Assembly (NCBI RefSeq): GCF_021028975.2
Contig: NC_059436.1
Coordinates: 11,780,001-11,844,000, forward strand
DNA length: 64,000 nt
From: Sphaerodactylus townsendi
Taxonomy: Eukaryota
Direction: 5' to 3'
This document shows, piece by piece, positions 61,090 through 64,000 of the stretch; position 1 is the first letter of the stretch, and each line of letters opens with the position of its first letter. Under the pieces are notes generated by a model that worked only from the letters and a program-made list of their open reading frames with translations, was not told the origin of the DNA and did not search any database. The translations under genes were made by a program, and so were the position numbers.

Positions 61090-61959
61090 GAAACAATATT
61101 GTTTCCCCTCCTCCATTTTATTCTCACAATAGTAACTCAGTGAGGCAGTTGAGGGTGAGAGAGAGCATGCATGGCCCAAGGTCGCCCAGCAAGCTTCCAT
61201 GGCAGACTTGAGATTCAGACTTGGCTCTCCAAGATCTGGTATTCTAACCATTACACTATGTTGGTTTTCTCTTTTAAATTCCCCCTGCAAGAGAGATGAA
61301 GAAACGGAGGCATTTCTTCTTGTTGAATATGACTATTTCTGACGATCTTTCAAGTAGGGCCTGTTTTCCTACCAGGTCATTTACTGGGCTGCAGATTCGC
61401 AGAATGAATTCCTTGTGCTATTTAATCTTAAAGGCTACATCTTTCCAATGGAGTCCACTGACATTTGTTTCTACACACAAATTTGGAGCCAGAACTTGAA
61501 CTTCGTGGACTTTCGCATCAGCCTAGATCAAGTGTGACCAATTCCCTTAGCGCCAGTCACTTGGACTAAGTAAAAAGCAACATACCAGGGGCCTCCTTCA
61601 CAGGTAGCGATGCTGCTCCAATTATAAAAAGGAAAGACAACATAGAGGCCCCTCTGGGACATTCCCACTGGGAATAGCCCTGCCAGAGCAGAAGTGGAAT
61701 GTGATTCCTTTTGAGCCTAAGCAGTGATTCTTCCTAATCAGCCCCACTCAGACCAGAAGCAGCAGGCAAGGCCTATTCGGCTTTCTACTCAACTACTGGA
61801 GCATCTTCCTCAACACTAAGACCAGGGCAGAAATGGGATTCAAGGCTGCTAGAAGTGGGAGTGGGAAGGTGTCATGGTAGAGACCAGAACTGGTCTTTCA
61901 GGCTCTCTCAACTGTCCAAAATGTCTCCATTCCCAAGGTGCAGGTGTAGGAAGACTGTA

Positions 61960-62230
61960 GAGGAGGTGTCAGACAGGCAATCTGGAAGTCAGATCCAGCC
62001 CCTTGAGAGGGCTTATCAGGTCTGGGAGCCAGCTGAGGCAACCCGCCCTCCTTGCTCCTGATAATGGGCTGGTGAGCCTCCTATGGGCCAAGGTAGCCCC
62101 CTTCCGCCCCTGCTGATCTGGGATGATGAGCTTGCTGCAGGCTCACCAGCCGAGGAAGCCGCCCTCTCCCTCCCACAAGGCCCAGTCACATTTATGCCAT
62201 ATCCAGGTGTAACAAATGTTTGACACCCTT
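61960..62230. mobile_element. hAT MITE (GGTGTCAAAC-type ends)
   Basis: GGTGTCAGAC...GTTTGACACCCT; internal similarity to 6470-6790. Confidence 0.7.
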
Positions 62231-63067
62231 CCCACAGAGGGCATTCTGTCCATTTCATCCCTGGAACTGGAGGAAGTCCCACTAAGGAGTTCTTCTCTTT
62301 CCTATTTGGATCCCCCATTTCTACCACTTGAAAATGAATCCGTCCCTTCTCTGGTAGCCATCCATTCCTGCTAAACTGATAATCCCATTAGAGAACATTA
62401 AAAACAAAATTCTTTTAATAGCTGAATGGGATATGACTATTATTATTTCTTTCACAGCATGGTCTACTTAATGGTTTGGAGTAGAAATTGGCCTTTATTG
62501 AATCTGTCCTTTTGAATTGGATCTGGCGGTCTTTAGGGATTCCACTCACGTCGCTGGCCTTCTACTATACAGCACGCTATAATGATGCCTCAAGTTCTGC
62601 TGTTGTTATTTTCTCCCAGCGTCTGAAGCTGCTGTAACTGTTTTGCTGGTCGGGAAAGAACCGCGCCGTTATCTCATTTGATCTCGCCAGTTGTGTCAGG
62701 ACATGCAAAGGAACAACCTGAGAGCCTGTTAATCTTCCGGTAGACTAGTTGGAAGTTTGTAAAAAAAAAAAAAAGAGGCGAATTTTCCGCAGTACTCAAA
62801 TTTGCTCAGCCAGTTTTTAATTGGAATCAGGAAAGCAGCTGGCATGCTAATGCTGAATGGCTTGCAATTGCAAATTGTTGGTAAATACAGATGCAGGAAT
62901 TTGAAAATGCAGCTGAAGAAGAGCTACCGGGAGGAGGGAGTGGAGGGGGCGGGGGGAGCTGAGACCAAGTCTGACAGCAGCAAATACCAAAAAGGTGGAA
63001 AGGATGCAGATGCAGCTGGCTGAATTCTTCAGGCTGCCCATTTCACAAAAGGAAGGAAGGCTGAGTG

Positions 63068-63368
63068 AAGAACAAAAAGAAGAGTTTGGATTTGTACCCC
63101 ACCTTTCTCTCCTGTCAGAAGACTCAAGGAGGCTTACAAGCTCCTTTCCCTTCCTCTCCCCACAACAGACACCTTGTGAGGCAGGAGGGGCCGAGAGAGA
63201 TCAGAGACAACTGTGACTAGCCCAAGGTCACCCAGCAGGCTTCAGGTGGAAAAGCAGAGAAACAAATCCAGTTCACCAAATAAGAGTCCACTGCTCATAT
63301 GGAGGAGCAGGGAATCAAACGTGGTCCTCCAAATTAGAGACCATTACTCTCAACCACTAAGCCACACA
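63068..63368 (-). mobile_element. Squam3-type SINE
   Basis: GAAGAGTTTGGATTTGTACCC...GCCCAAGGTCACCCAGC...CAACCACT. Confidence 0.9.
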
Positions 63369-63615
63369 GCAGACTTTGCACAGATGTAACTTCCACTGGA
63401 GCAAGTTTAATGGGAATTTTAAATGCATTCAGCACTGTGCGAAACCAAAGGGCACTAGAAGCACACTGAAGAAAGGCCATAGGTTCCTTTGGACATCCTG
63501 CTTGCCAGGTAGCAGACAAGAGACAAATTTGTTCCAATAAAAACATCTGGCATTCGTAACAAATGTAAATAACACTTCTAGCTAATGTGGCAATCAGAAG
63601 TGGTGCTTTGCTACT

Positions 63616-63777
63616 TGTTAGTGTAGTGGTTAAGAGCAGGTGCACTCTAATCTGAAGAACCAGGTTTGATTCCCTGCTCTGCCACTTGAGCTGTGGAGGC
63701 TTATCTGGGGAACCAGATTAGCTTGTGGATGCCAACATATGCCAGCGGGGTGACCTTTGGAGTTCTTTGGAGCTCTC
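63616..63777 (+). mobile_element. Squam3-type SINE 5' part
   Basis: GTGTAGTGGTTAAGAGCAGGTGCACTCTAATCTG...GGGTGACCTT. Confidence 0.85.
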
Positions 63778-64000
63778 ATTTCATTGTGAGACAAGTGGGA
63801 TCAGTATCACCACTGAATGCTGCTGGGCATGTATGGTGGTTGTACTGCAGACGTGTTAACAAATCCAAAGGCTGGTCCCTTTGGTCCTTAACAAGAAAAA
63901 CATGGCTAACCCTTTCTTTCTCATCCACAAACTTACATCCATGATATTTTCCTGTATTGATTATGTCTGTGCCACTTATTCCCGGGTTTGCTGACCTTGT

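Overview
This is vertebrate genomic DNA from a squamate, most likely a gecko, judged from abundant Squam3-type CORE SINEs, Sauria and 5S-Sauria SINEs, CR1/L2 LINEs and hAT/Harbinger MITEs. It contains three N gaps. I can support only one host coding sequence: a 106-bp minus-strand exon (48942-49047) matching KIRREL3/Neph2 (start of Ig domain 3; the equivalent of human exon 7). The rest appears intronic, and the ORF track is otherwise spurious or TE-derived. I see no convincing new multi-gene system. The best leads are: (1) a Penelope-derived minimal hammerhead ribozyme on the KIRREL3 sense strand, 2.7 kb downstream of the exon; (2) an orphan CpG-island/promoter-like block at about 9.5-10.6 kb; (3) an OC1-like hAT element, from a family known for horizontal transfer, with a perfect TSD and apparently captured DNA; (4) a MITE palindrome that extends into its flanks; (5) a SOX/POU motif cluster; (6) repeated microhomology junctions between TEs; (7) the apparent absence of neighbouring KIRREL3 exons. 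Repeat family names come from my memory of consensus sequences, not from a search, and degraded repeat boundaries are approximate.
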